Below are positions 17,963 to 26,939 of a stretch of 64,000 nt of DNA, piece after piece. The DNA lies in assembly GCA_013112555.1 (NCBI GenBank), contig JABFGK010000001.1, positions 2,796,034 through 2,860,033 of the forward strand. The letters are read 5' to 3'. Source of the stretch: Planctomycetota bacterium (GTDB lineage: Bacteria; Planctomycetota; Phycisphaerae; Phycisphaerales; UBA5793). The translations under genes were made by a program, and so were the position numbers. The notes under the pieces were generated by a model that worked only from the letters and a program-made list of their open reading frames with translations, did not search any database and had not been told where the DNA came from. Positions within the stretch are counted from its first letter, which is position 1; the number at the start of each line of letters is the position of its first letter.

Positions 17963-18280
17963 ATGGGTCAAAAACCTATCAGCCCGAAACCTAATTCCTT
18001 TGCTTCAGATGCGGAGGCTGATTACTGGCATACATCGCAGGATATTGCCTACCGCGCAGGCATGTCGCTCGTGCTTGATGAAGGTTCGACCTGGTTGGTT
18101 TCACCGGATAAGGAGAGGGAACACATCTGCACGCCGGCTGATCCGAAGGACATCTGGTTTGAAACATGGTGCCAACTCGAGGCTCGCTATCCACTGCTAT
18201 CGAGACTGTGGAGCGGCGGCACGGCCATCACCAAGCCCGGTGAGATGGAACACCGGCAAAGAAGAAAGCAAACGGAGTGA
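17963..18280 (+). CDS. Hypothetical protein (105 aa) in the lower-GC islet
   Basis: MGQKPISPKPNSFASDAEADYWHTSQDIAYRAGMSLVLDEGSTWLVSPDKEREHICTPADPKDIWFETWCQLEARYPLL... has a protein-like composition, unlike the R-rich overlapping frame. I recognise no family. Confidence 0.3.
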   Translation: MGQKPISPKPNSFASDAEADYWHTSQDIAYRAGMSLVLDEGSTWLVSPDKEREHICTPADPKDIWFETWCQLEARYPLLSRLWSGGTAITKPGEMEHRQRRKQTE

Positions 18281-18395
18281 TGGCTCGGCCAAGGCGGGTG
18301 TGATCCTGGCGCTGACAATCAGTGTCGCTGTAAACTACCATGCCCGACACGGGTGTCGAAACCGAGGGGAGAGGGAAGGCGCAACACTCGTTTTT

Positions 18396-19053
18396 GCCCC
18401 GGAGGGGCACTTTGGAATGTAGCCACGGGTGGAGCGAAGCGGAACCCGTGGTAGGCTGGTGGTAGAATACTGAAGCCCCGGCAGGGGCGCAGGAGAACCT
18501 GTACGCTAAAGACGAGTGAGGATACATGCCCGGCACATACTCGCAGATTCTCCTGCATGTCGTGTTCTCGACAAAGCGTCGCCAACGATCGATCACGCCT
18601 GAGATTGCTGATCGACTCTATCCTTACATCGGTGGGATTATCCGCGAAGAAGATGGCGTGCTGTACGACATTGGCGGCATTGAGGATCACGTTCATCTGT
18701 ATATTCGCTGGCGAACGGATGGGGCGATTTCAGACCTCATGCGCATTGTCAAATCGCGATCTTCAAAGTGGGTACACGATACGTTCTCCACACTTGACGC
18801 ATTCGCATGGCAGGAGGGCTACAGCGTTTTCTCCGTCAGCAGATCACAGGAGGCTGCTGTGAAGTCATATATCGCGAGCCAATTGGAGCATCACAAGAGA
18901 GAGGATTTCAAGTCAGAGTTGCTTCGTCTGCTACGCGCTCATGGAATTGAGTTTGACGCGCGCTACGTATTCGAGTGATCGGTGGACCACCCTGCGCCCC
19001 TCCGGGGCGAACATAAATCGTGGAGATCCCATTCCACGGGTTCCGCTTCGCTC
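18396..19053 (+). mobile_element. REPtron-like unit: IS200/IS605-family Y1 transposase (RAYT-like) with flanking REP-like hairpins
   Basis: Upstream block 18396-18488 holds hairpins gccccggaggggc, ccacgggt..acccgtgg and gccccggcaggggc. Downstream block 18994-19053 holds cgcccctccggggcg and ccacgggttccgcttcgctc. The shared sub-motifs lie in opposite orientation around the CDS. Confidence 0.65.
18526..18978 (+). CDS. IS200/IS605-family tyrosine (Y1, HUH) transposase, REP-associated (RAYT)-like
   Basis: 150 aa starting MPGTYSQILLHVVFSTKRRQ, with the HUH motif in ...EDHVHLYIRW and the catalytic-Tyr region ...VKSYIASQLEHHKRE. Confidence 0.85.
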   Translation: MPGTYSQILLHVVFSTKRRQRSITPEIADRLYPYIGGIIREEDGVLYDIGGIEDHVHLYIRWRTDGAISDLMRIVKSRSSKWVHDTFSTLDAFAWQEGYSVFSVSRSQEAAVKSYIASQLEHHKREDFKSELLRLLRAHGIEFDARYVFE

Positions 19054-19219
19054 TGCCCTTCCCGACGCCGAGATGACGGATGAGACGCCCACTCCGCCGG
19101 AAGAGGCCCGCTCCCTCACGGTCGCGGCTCGTCGGAAAAGACGGGCAATCCGCTCCCCCCGCTCCTCACTTCTGCATTTCTGGAAACAGAACCGTCTGCT
19201 CGGGTGCGAACGGCTTATC

Positions 19220-19360
19220 GACGGAGGGAAGGGAGAAGATGGATTCCCGCGCGCGCGGGGATGACGGAGGGAAGGGAGAAGATGGATTCCCGCGTGCGCC
19301 GGGATGACGGAAAGAAGGGAGAAGATGGATTCCCGCGTGCGCGGGAATGACGGGGAGGGG
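19220..19360 (+). repeat. 43-bp tandem repeat, about 3.3 copies, each with a tcccgcg..cgcggga hairpin
   Basis: Units 19220-19262, 19263-19305 and 19306-19348 (gacggagggaagggagaagatggattcccgcg.gcgc.ggg.at) plus a partial fourth copy. Confidence 0.9.
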
Positions 19361-19564
19361 GGCGAAATCGGGGAATACCGGCCCTGCGGGTGCGTCAATA
19401 CGGGGTGGGGACGCCCCGCTACCATTGATCACTGAGCCATATGATGCCGCCTGGAGACTCTGCCCATGAACTGCACACACCTGCCGCACCGTACTGCCAA
19501 TCGACCTGCACGCACTGCGATCAATCGGCCCTCCGGCCCGACGACAGCCGCCGCCCGCTGTGCC

Positions 19565-19969
19565 ATGCCGTTGATTATCGTGCTGGCTGCCCTGGTTCTC
19601 GTCGTCATGACCGGCTGCCAGGCGAACACGAACCCGGAGTTCGGCCGGCTGGACCCGGCATTGCCGTATACGCGGATCATGATCAATGATGATGAGCTGG
19701 CGCGGGCACTCGTCTTTGATGAGCCGATTGTCCTGCGCGATGAAGAAGGGTTCATCACCCAGGTCGAGGTCACCGTCCGGGCGGCAGCCATCGAGGCGCT
19801 CAAGGTGGACTATCGGCCTCGATTCAAGTCGGCATCCGGGACGACGCTCCAGCCGGAATCATCCTGGCGGACGAAGTTGATGGAAAAACGCGTGCCGGAG
19901 AAGATCGTCATGCGGCCGACGGGTCGCAATGCGATGGACTACGAGATCCTGTTCCGATGGGCACGGTGA
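19565..19969 (+). CDS. YcfL-like (DUF1425) lipoprotein
   Basis: Lipobox LVVMTGC after MPLIIVLAALV. The C-terminal pattern ...ALKVDYRPRFKSASGTTL..AMDYEILFRWAR resembles the DUF1425 beta-sandwich. The internal ATG at 19565 gives a normal signal peptide. Confidence 0.6.
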   Translation: MPLIIVLAALVLVVMTGCQANTNPEFGRLDPALPYTRIMINDDELARALVFDEPIVLRDEEGFITQVEVTVRAAAIEALKVDYRPRFKSASGTTLQPESSWRTKLMEKRVPEKIVMRPTGRNAMDYEILFRWAR

Positions 19970-19973
19970 CGCC

Positions 19974-20624
19974 ATGCCCCGGCCGGTGCTGTTGCAGCAG
20001 CGTTGTTCTTGTTTGAACCGAGTACGGCGATTCCTGGCAGTCGCGGTATCGGCCACTGCTGCAGCCCTGCTGTTCGTCTGTCTCCCTGCTGGGTGTGCTG
20101 CCACCCCCGGCTCGCCACAGATCAACACGACGTTGCTCGACAGCGTCGATCTGGTACGGATGTCGGACCTGATGTCTGAGAGTCTGCTGGCGTCAGATGT
20201 CGATCTGAGCCAGGCTGTAATCGTGACGGATCGCGTCGTGAATCGCACGAATCACATCATGCCGATCGGGGAAAAGGAACACTTCCTGGCCCGGTTGCGC
20301 GTGACGTTGGCACAGACGGGTGTGGCCCGCCAGCGCGGCGTCGTGTTCGTTGCACGGCCTGACGAAACCTCTGCGTTTACGGCGCCGCTTCCCGCAGATG
20401 CATCAACAACGGCCGAGCACAACCCGTCCGATGGGCGCCCACCAGGACCTGGGCCGAGTCATGCCCTGACCGCTACCTTCTACACGCTGACGAATGTGGA
20501 CCGCATGGTGCGAACCGATACCTATGAGTGTGGCTTCCAACTGCTGAATCTTCGGACTCGGCAGGTCGAGTGGGAGGATGCCTACCGGGTTGATTATGCT
20601 GTGGCCCGGGGTAGATTGCAGTGA
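19974..20624 (+). CDS. LpoB-like (COG3417) lipoprotein
   Basis: Lipobox CLPAGC. ...AVIVTDRVVNRTNHIMPIGEKEHFLARLRVTLAQTG... and ...YECGFQLLNLRTRQVEWEDAYRV match the LpoB/COG3417 C-terminal domain pattern. The start lies 5 nt after the upstream stop. Confidence 0.6.
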   Translation: MPRPVLLQQRCSCLNRVRRFLAVAVSATAAALLFVCLPAGCAATPGSPQINTTLLDSVDLVRMSDLMSESLLASDVDLSQAVIVTDRVVNRTNHIMPIGEKEHFLARLRVTLAQTGVARQRGVVFVARPDETSAFTAPLPADASTTAEHNPSDGRPPGPGPSHALTATFYTLTNVDRMVRTDTYECGFQLLNLRTRQVEWEDAYRVDYAVARGRLQ

Positions 20625-20678
20625 TGATGGAAGTTTGTACAGGAGGGCGAGACGCCCCCCCCACTGCCAGGAGCATTC

Positions 20679-22460
20679 GTGGCTAACCGCTCCTCAATTC
20701 TGTGTCTTGTGCTCATCATCCTGTCTGTGGCTGCAGGATTCGGATGTGCAACGCAATCGCCTCGACTGGCACCGACTGCGGTGAATGATGTGCAGCAGGG
20801 TCGGTATCTGGCAGGACGGGATGGGCTGCGGCGACATACCGTCGATCGCACGTCGCCTGACGTGATTCTCGACAATCTGCGAATGGCGGTCGCAGCGTTG
20901 CATGACGGGGCATACTTCGAGGCCCAGCAGGCGTTGCAGCGAGCGTACCCGTTCATGGTCAGCGGCTCGGTGAATGCCGTGGGCAGTGAATCAGCGGTCA
21001 TGTTCCAGCACGAAGGCACACTCGTCTGGAAGGGCGAGCCGTTTGAGCAGGCGATGGCGTGGTACTACCAGACGGTGGCACAGATGGTTGCCGGCGACTG
21101 GGAAAACGCACGGGCAGCCTCGCGTAACATGTTGTTCACGCTCGTCGATTTTGCTGGTGGGGACAACTCGACGATTGACGGCGCGATGGAGCAGGCTGAA
21201 TCACCGGAGTGGTTTGACGAACACGCATCCGAAGTCGAGAGCGATCTCGTGATCGGGTATCTGCTGGCCGGCATCAGCGAACGGTGGCAAGACAGGCCGA
21301 CCGATGCAGCGGAATACTTTAATCGCGCACGAACGCTCGCCCCGGAACTCGATGCGCTGACGACGCTTCTAGAAACCGGATCGTATAACACGTTGCTCGT
21401 GGTTGAGGCCATGCCCGGGCCGCGCAAGGAGCCGGTCGGGGAATACGGGGAGACGTTTGTGTATCGGCCGAAGCCGGGATCAATGAAGTCGCACGGCCCG
21501 CCGCTGGTTGTGACCGATGAAACCGGCCGATTGGCTCACAGTGATCAGACATCGCTTCCCGAGACGCTGGATGTAGTGGACACATGGAGTCTCGCACAAC
21601 ACCCGCGCTGGTGGTCGCTCAAGAGTCTGCGCGAAAGTAAGAAGGTGCTGGGCGATGTCCTCACGTTGGCAGGCACAGGTGCCGTGATATACGGCAGTAC
21701 CTCGAATGATGCGAACTCCTCGGACAAGGCACTGATTGCCGGCGCGGCAGCCATGCTCCTGGGGCAGGCATTGTCTCACGGGTCGGCTGCTGACCTGAGA
21801 CACTTCGATGTGCTGCCTCGGTACGTCTACCTTGTGCCGCTTGCGCTGGAGCCGGGGTTCCATACGCTGCGCTTCACGTTGCCGCAGCAGAATCTTGATG
21901 TCGTGCGTCATGACCTGATGCCCGGCTACGACAGTCCTGCGGTGTACGTGATTCGACTGTCATCGCAGTCGCGCTTTGCGAGTTTGTTGAGCGATCTCGA
22001 TCCGGGTGTGGAATCTGAGCATGATGCAACGGCACGAATCGCCCGCTCGATTGCCCATCCGAATGACCACACCGGGCCGATCGTCGGGACGTTCCCGTAC
22101 ATCCTGGGGGGCACCTGTGTGTGTATCCCGAGTGCCGATGTGCTGGCCGCCTATCACGCCGGCGGGTATCTTCTCGATCTGAATCTGGAGCAACTCCGCA
22201 GCCTGTATCGGGCTGAGGGGATTGTGTTCGACCCGTTGCCGCTCAGTTCAGAAACGCAACAGACCTGGCGTCACGTGCTCGACGGCGGGAGGCTGCTGTA
22301 CACGCCGCTGCCCGGGTCGGCCGGCTATGAACGGCTGACGTACAGCACCCATCGGCCATATGAACCGGGCTCGGAGGTCGTTCGGGAGGCACGTGACCGG
22401 CTGCTCGGTGAGTCGCCTACGATGAGTTCTGATGTCGATGAAACTGCTCGTATTCGATGA
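20679..22460 (+). CDS. Large lipoprotein of unknown function (possibly COG3014-like)
   Basis: 593 aa. The signal plus lipobox is LVLIILSVAAGFGC. The N-terminal half is helical and TPR-like. It is the third gene of the lipoprotein cluster. The family assignment is tentative. Confidence 0.6.
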   Translation: MANRSSILCLVLIILSVAAGFGCATQSPRLAPTAVNDVQQGRYLAGRDGLRRHTVDRTSPDVILDNLRMAVAALHDGAYFEAQQALQRAYPFMVSGSVNAVGSESAVMFQHEGTLVWKGEPFEQAMAWYYQTVAQMVAGDWENARAASRNMLFTLVDFAGGDNSTIDGAMEQAESPEWFDEHASEVESDLVIGYLLAGISERWQDRPTDAAEYFNRARTLAPELDALTTLLETGSYNTLLVVEAMPGPRKEPVGEYGETFVYRPKPGSMKSHGPPLVVTDETGRLAHSDQTSLPETLDVVDTWSLAQHPRWWSLKSLRESKKVLGDVLTLAGTGAVIYGSTSNDANSSDKALIAGAAAMLLGQALSHGSAADLRHFDVLPRYVYLVPLALEPGFHTLRFTLPQQNLDVVRHDLMPGYDSPAVYVIRLSSQSRFASLLSDLDPGVESEHDATARIARSIAHPNDHTGPIVGTFPYILGGTCVCIPSADVLAAYHAGGYLLDLNLEQLRSLYRAEGIVFDPLPLSSETQQTWRHVLDGGRLLYTPLPGSAGYERLTYSTHRPYEPGSEVVREARDRLLGESPTMSSDVDETARIR

Positions 22461-23703
22461 TCGTGACTTTGTGCATCTGCCGGACCAGGCCCCCGACTGG
22501 GGCCCGGTCGCTGACACCCGCGCGGTGTTTTCCGTGCGAACCGGGGCACTGACAACGCTGGAGCGACTCCAGCGTGAGTGGCCGCACGGGCTGGCCGGCC
22601 TGTGGGTGCCGAATCACCTGATCGCTCGGACCCGACAGGCTTGCACAGTCCCAGTCAATGAAGCGCCCGAGCCGGGTCAGACACTGTTATGCATCAATGG
22701 CCGTTGGGTATTCCCGGGAAGCCAGTTCGAGATCGGGCCCGGCCAGGCACTCGTTGAACAGTCAACCGGGGCGGTGGTCGCTGCCTGTCTGGAGTCTGAG
22801 CAGGCCGGCTTCTTTCTGGAGGACGGGGCCCTGCCGGCCGATGTCGAGCAGATCGGGTACGCCGGTCGGTTGCTGGCCCGCCGGCCGTGGGAGTTGCTCG
22901 GGTTGCTTTCGCAAACGATGGCAACTGATCTGCCGGCCATGATCGAGCAGAGCCGATCCGGCGAGGATGCATGTGACGGGTCGATCCCCGACACGGTCCC
23001 GGGTATCACCGCACTGGAGCCGGACAACGTCTGGGTGCATCCCTCGGCCCGCATCTACCCGTCGGTCGTTCTCGATGCTGAGGGTGGCCCGATCTACATT
23101 GATGACCGGGCAATCATTCGACCGGGCAGTATTCTCTGCGGTCCGGCCTATATCGGCCCGGGTTCCACCGTGCTGGATCGCTCCTTGATCAAAGCAAACA
23201 CGTCGATCGGCCCGGTCTGCAAGGTGACCGGCGAAGTCGGCTCGACGATTTTCCAGGGCTATGCAAACAAAGCGCACGACGGGCATCTCGGGGATTCGTA
23301 CATCGGCGCGTGGGCCAACCTCGGGGCCGGCACGACCAACAGCAATCTGCTCAATACCTACGGCGAGATCATGGCTCGCCTGCGACCGCAGGCCCACCGT
23401 GAACGCACCGGCATGATGTACCTCGGGTCCATTATCGGTGATCATGTCAAGACGGCCATCAACACCCGACTCATGACCGGGACGGTGATCGGGACCGGCT
23501 CAATGATTGCCTCGACGGCCGCCCCCCCCACTTCGATCGGCGCGTTTTCGTGGATCACCGATGTCGGCATCCACCCATACCGATTCGAGAAGTTCATTGA
23601 CGTCGCACGGGTGGTACTCAGACGCCGGAACCTCGACTTGACCGAGGCGGATGTTGAGTTGCTGCGTATCTTACATCAGCGCGAAACGGCTGCCTCATCA
23701 TGA
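22432..23703 (+). CDS. Left-handed beta-helix (hexapeptide-repeat) protein, putative sugar-nucleotidyl/acyl-transferase-like (GlmU C-terminal-like)
   Basis: 423 aa. The hexapeptide region is ...VHPSARIYPSVVLDAEGGPIYIDDRAIIRPGSILCGPAYIGPGSTVLDRSLIKANTSIGPVCKVTGEV...GAWANLGAGTTNSN. The stop overlaps the polA start. Confidence 0.7.
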   Translation: MSMKLLVFDDRDFVHLPDQAPDWGPVADTRAVFSVRTGALTTLERLQREWPHGLAGLWVPNHLIARTRQACTVPVNEAPEPGQTLLCINGRWVFPGSQFEIGPGQALVEQSTGAVVAACLESEQAGFFLEDGALPADVEQIGYAGRLLARRPWELLGLLSQTMATDLPAMIEQSRSGEDACDGSIPDTVPGITALEPDNVWVHPSARIYPSVVLDAEGGPIYIDDRAIIRPGSILCGPAYIGPGSTVLDRSLIKANTSIGPVCKVTGEVGSTIFQGYANKAHDGHLGDSYIGAWANLGAGTTNSNLLNTYGEIMARLRPQAHRERTGMMYLGSIIGDHVKTAINTRLMTGTVIGTGSMIASTAAPPTSIGAFSWITDVGIHPYRFEKFIDVARVVLRRRNLDLTEADVELLRILHQRETAASS

Positions 23704-26653
23704 TAGATACCCCTCCAGCCGAGCAGGCCGGTGCTGCGACACGCCCACCGACGTTCATGATCATCGACGGGTTTGCCCAACTGTTTCGTGCCTATCACGC
23801 GATCCGGAATCAACTCACGTCTCCGGTGACCAACGAGCCGACGAATGCAACGTTCGGCTACGTCGGGATGCTGCTGAAAGTGTTTGAGCAGTATCAACCG
23901 GACTACCTGGCCGTCGCGATTGACGTTTCGGGGGATCGCGGCACATTTCGCTCCGACTTGTACGAGGACTACAAAGCGAATCGGGAACCGCCGCCGGAGG
24001 ATTTTTACCCGCAGGTCGATCGCTCCTGGGAAATTACACGGCTGTTCGGCATCCCGGTCATCGGGGCAGAGCGGTACGAAGCCGACGATGTCATTGCGAC
24101 GCTGGTCACACAGTTGCAGGAGCAACACCCCGACCTGCGCATGCAAATCGTCTCCAAAGACAAGGACCTTGAACAACTGCTCTCGGATCGCGTCGAGATG
24201 CTCGACGTTCACAAGGACGAGCGGGTCACGGTGGCGACACTGCATGAGAAGAAGGGCATTCGACCTGAGCAAGTGATTGATATGCTGGCTTTGATGGGAG
24301 ATACGGTTGACAACGTACCCGGTGTGCCGGGGATCGGGCCCAAGACGGCCTCCCAGTTAATACAGCAATACGGCTCACTCGACGGCGTGTTGGAACACAT
24401 TGATGAGATCAAGGGGAAGCGGCGGGAGAATATCGAGAATTCGCGGGACCTCCTGCCACTGTCGCGCGATCTTGTGACACTGCGGCATGACGTTGATGTG
24501 CAGTTCGCACTTGACGATGCTCGGGTGGACCTGGCTCGGGCTGATACGGCTACTCTGCTGAGCACGCTCGAACGGCTCGGCTTCAATCGCTTCCGCCAGG
24601 ACCTGGAGCGGCTGATCAGCAAACATAAGATTGAAGGGGCTCAGCAGGAACCGGGCGTCGACGTGAAACCGGATGATGATGATGATGATGAGGCATCACG
24701 TCCTGCACCATCGGCATATACATGCGTCCGAACGGAGCAGGAACTCAAGGCAGTGATTCAGCAGATGCGGGCTGCATCGGTCGTTGCCATTGATACGGAA
24801 ACGACCTCAGTCGCGCCGATGCGTGCTCAACTGTGCGGCATCAGCATCAGCGTCGAACCGCACACCGGTGTGTACATCCCGGTCCGATCGCCGGAACCGG
24901 ACACGCATCTGAATCTCGACCAGGTGCGCAGTCTGCTCGGTCCGGTCCTGGCCGACCCGGATGATCCGCCGAAACTCATCGGGCACAATATTAAGTATGA
25001 CCTGATCATTCTGCGTCGACACGGGTTTGAGTTGGCGCACATCCACGCTGATACGATGGTGGCTGCCTATGTACACGACAGCACGCGCAGCAGTCTGTCG
25101 ATGGACGCCCTGGCCATGGGGCTTCTGAATCACCGGTGTATCCCGATCAGCGATCTGCTCGGGCCGCAATCCAAGGCGAGTCGACGACAACAGGCCGGCG
25201 CCGCCGCTGCAGACCCCGAGCGCGACCAGCAGGGCGGTTTGTTCTCGGCCGTGGCTGATGCCGATGCCCCGCGCACGTTTGCCGATGTCGAACTTGATGA
25301 GGCGACCGAGTACGCCGCCGAGGATGCAGACATCACATTGCGTCTCTGGCAGTTTTTCGAGCCACGCTTGAAGGCGATGGGGTTGCTGGACGACCTGTTT
25401 CATCGTGTGGAGATGCCGTTGGTGACCATCCTGGCCGATATGGAGCAGGCTGGGATTCATGTTGACCGGGGCGTGCTGGCACAGCAGCGAGAGGCGCTGT
25501 CGGCTTTGGCCGACCATTTGCGAACGAAGATCACACACGCGGCCCCGGAAGGAGCCCGTGCCTTCAATCCCGATTCGCCCAAGCAACTTGCAGCCGTCCT
25601 GTTTAACAAGCCGACCGACGACCCACCCGGCCTCGGCCTGCCGATCCTCAAGAAACGCAAGACCGGCCCGTCCACGGATATGGAAGTGCTGGAGAAATTG
25701 GCTGCCGACCCGGATGTGAGCAGCACCATCCCGACCGATGTGATCGAATACCGACAACTGACAAAACTCGTCAGTACCTATCTGGTCGCGCTCGACGATT
25801 ACATCGATCCCGACACCCATCGAGTCCACGCATCTTTCAATCAGACGATCGCTGCCACCGGCCGTCTCTCATCAAGTGATCCGAATCTACAGAACATCCC
25901 GATCCGCACCGAGACCGGCCGACAGATTCGCAAGGCATTTCAGGCCGAAGCCGGCAGCGTGCTCGTGACGGCTGACTATTCGCAGATTGAACTGCGCCTG
26001 CTGGCTCACTTGTCCGAGGATGAGACGCTGATCAATGCGTTTCTCGAAGGGCAGGACATTCACCGTTCGGTGGCTGCCCAGATTCACGGTGTCTCGATTG
26101 ACGATGTGACGGCCGAGCAGCGTCAGAGTGCGAAGATGGTGAACTTCGGCATTGTCTACGGGATCACGGCATATGGCCTGGCGCCCGGCTGGGTGGGCAG
26201 GTCACGACCGGCGAAGCAGCCGAGATCATTTCCGGGTACAAGGCGCGCTATCCCGGGATCGATGCCTTTTTGCAGCGCTGCATCGCCGAGGCACAGCGGC
26301 AAGGGTATGTCGCGACGATTCTCGGGCGGCGTCGAGCCGTCCCGCAAATCCTGTCCCGTCGGCCGCAGGAGCGGTCGCTGGGCGAGCGCGTTGCCATCAA
26401 CTCGGTGGTTCAGGGGTCGGCTGCCGATCTGATCAAACTGGCCATGATCAGCCTTCATGCTGCGCTCCCGACGGAACTGCCGGAGGCCCGCCTGCTGCTT
26501 CAGATTCATGACGAACTGGTCTTCGAGGTGCCGCAGCCGCTGGCCGACCAAACGATCGAGACGGTCCGACGCCACATGGAGTCGGCCATGGAACTGCGTG
26601 TCCCGATCGTGGTGGATACCGCTGTGTCCGCCAATTGGATGGAGTGCAAATAG
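23700..26653 (+). CDS. polA: DNA polymerase I, interrupted by a 1-nt frame change near 26180
   Basis: ORF 23700..26432 carries the 5'-nuclease, 3'-5' exonuclease and polymerase motifs (..TATGRLSSSDPNLQNIPIR.., ..ADYSQIELRLLAH.., ..NFGIVYGITAYGL). The C-terminus (..ARLGGQVTTGEAAEIISGYKARYPGIDAFLQRCI...QIHDELVFEV..) continues in the -1 frame to the stop at 26653. Confidence 0.9.
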
Positions 26654-26939
26654 AGGGTTGTCACGGTATTGGGATCACCCGGCCGCATCCGGCACCGGTT
26701 GACTCGGCCGACCGCAACAGGGATCGAAGCCGGTGGTATCAGGTTCTCGGTTGCCAATCCGAATCGGCGTCCTACATTTCGCAATCGTTTTCAGACTCAC
26801 TGCTTTCGACAGCCGGGCTACCGGACCCCTTTCAGGCACTGACCGACTTGGAGAACGTATCGTGTGCACAGCGACCATCCGCCCTCTTGCTGCCTCATCA
26901 TCAACTGTTGGAACAACCCGGAATCGAGTCTCCGACCGG

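Noticed and set aside
17546-19360. CRISPR interpretation of the 133-bp and 43-bp tandem repeats.
   Set aside because: The units are directly contiguous with no unique spacers. The unit lengths are wrong for CRISPR and there are no cas genes.
18931-19425. The 164-aa ORF (-) and neighbours reading ..VIPAHAGIHLLPS..RARGNPSSPFPPS.., plus ORFs 9782..10066, 9812..10117 and 9852..10169.
   Set aside because: These are translations of the tandem and REP repeats. The peptide periodicity simply mirrors the DNA repeat, and there is no start context.
24807-25829. Long antisense ORFs opposite real genes: 24807..25829, 28185..29153, 47150..48115, 58098..59453, 39024..39734, 41824..42804, 37428..38189, 22762..23445 and 63151..63969.
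   Set aside because: Each lies entirely within a well-supported gene on the other strand. They are Arg/Gly/Pro/Ala-rich with no recognisable motifs, which is the typical shadow-ORF artefact in high-GC DNA.
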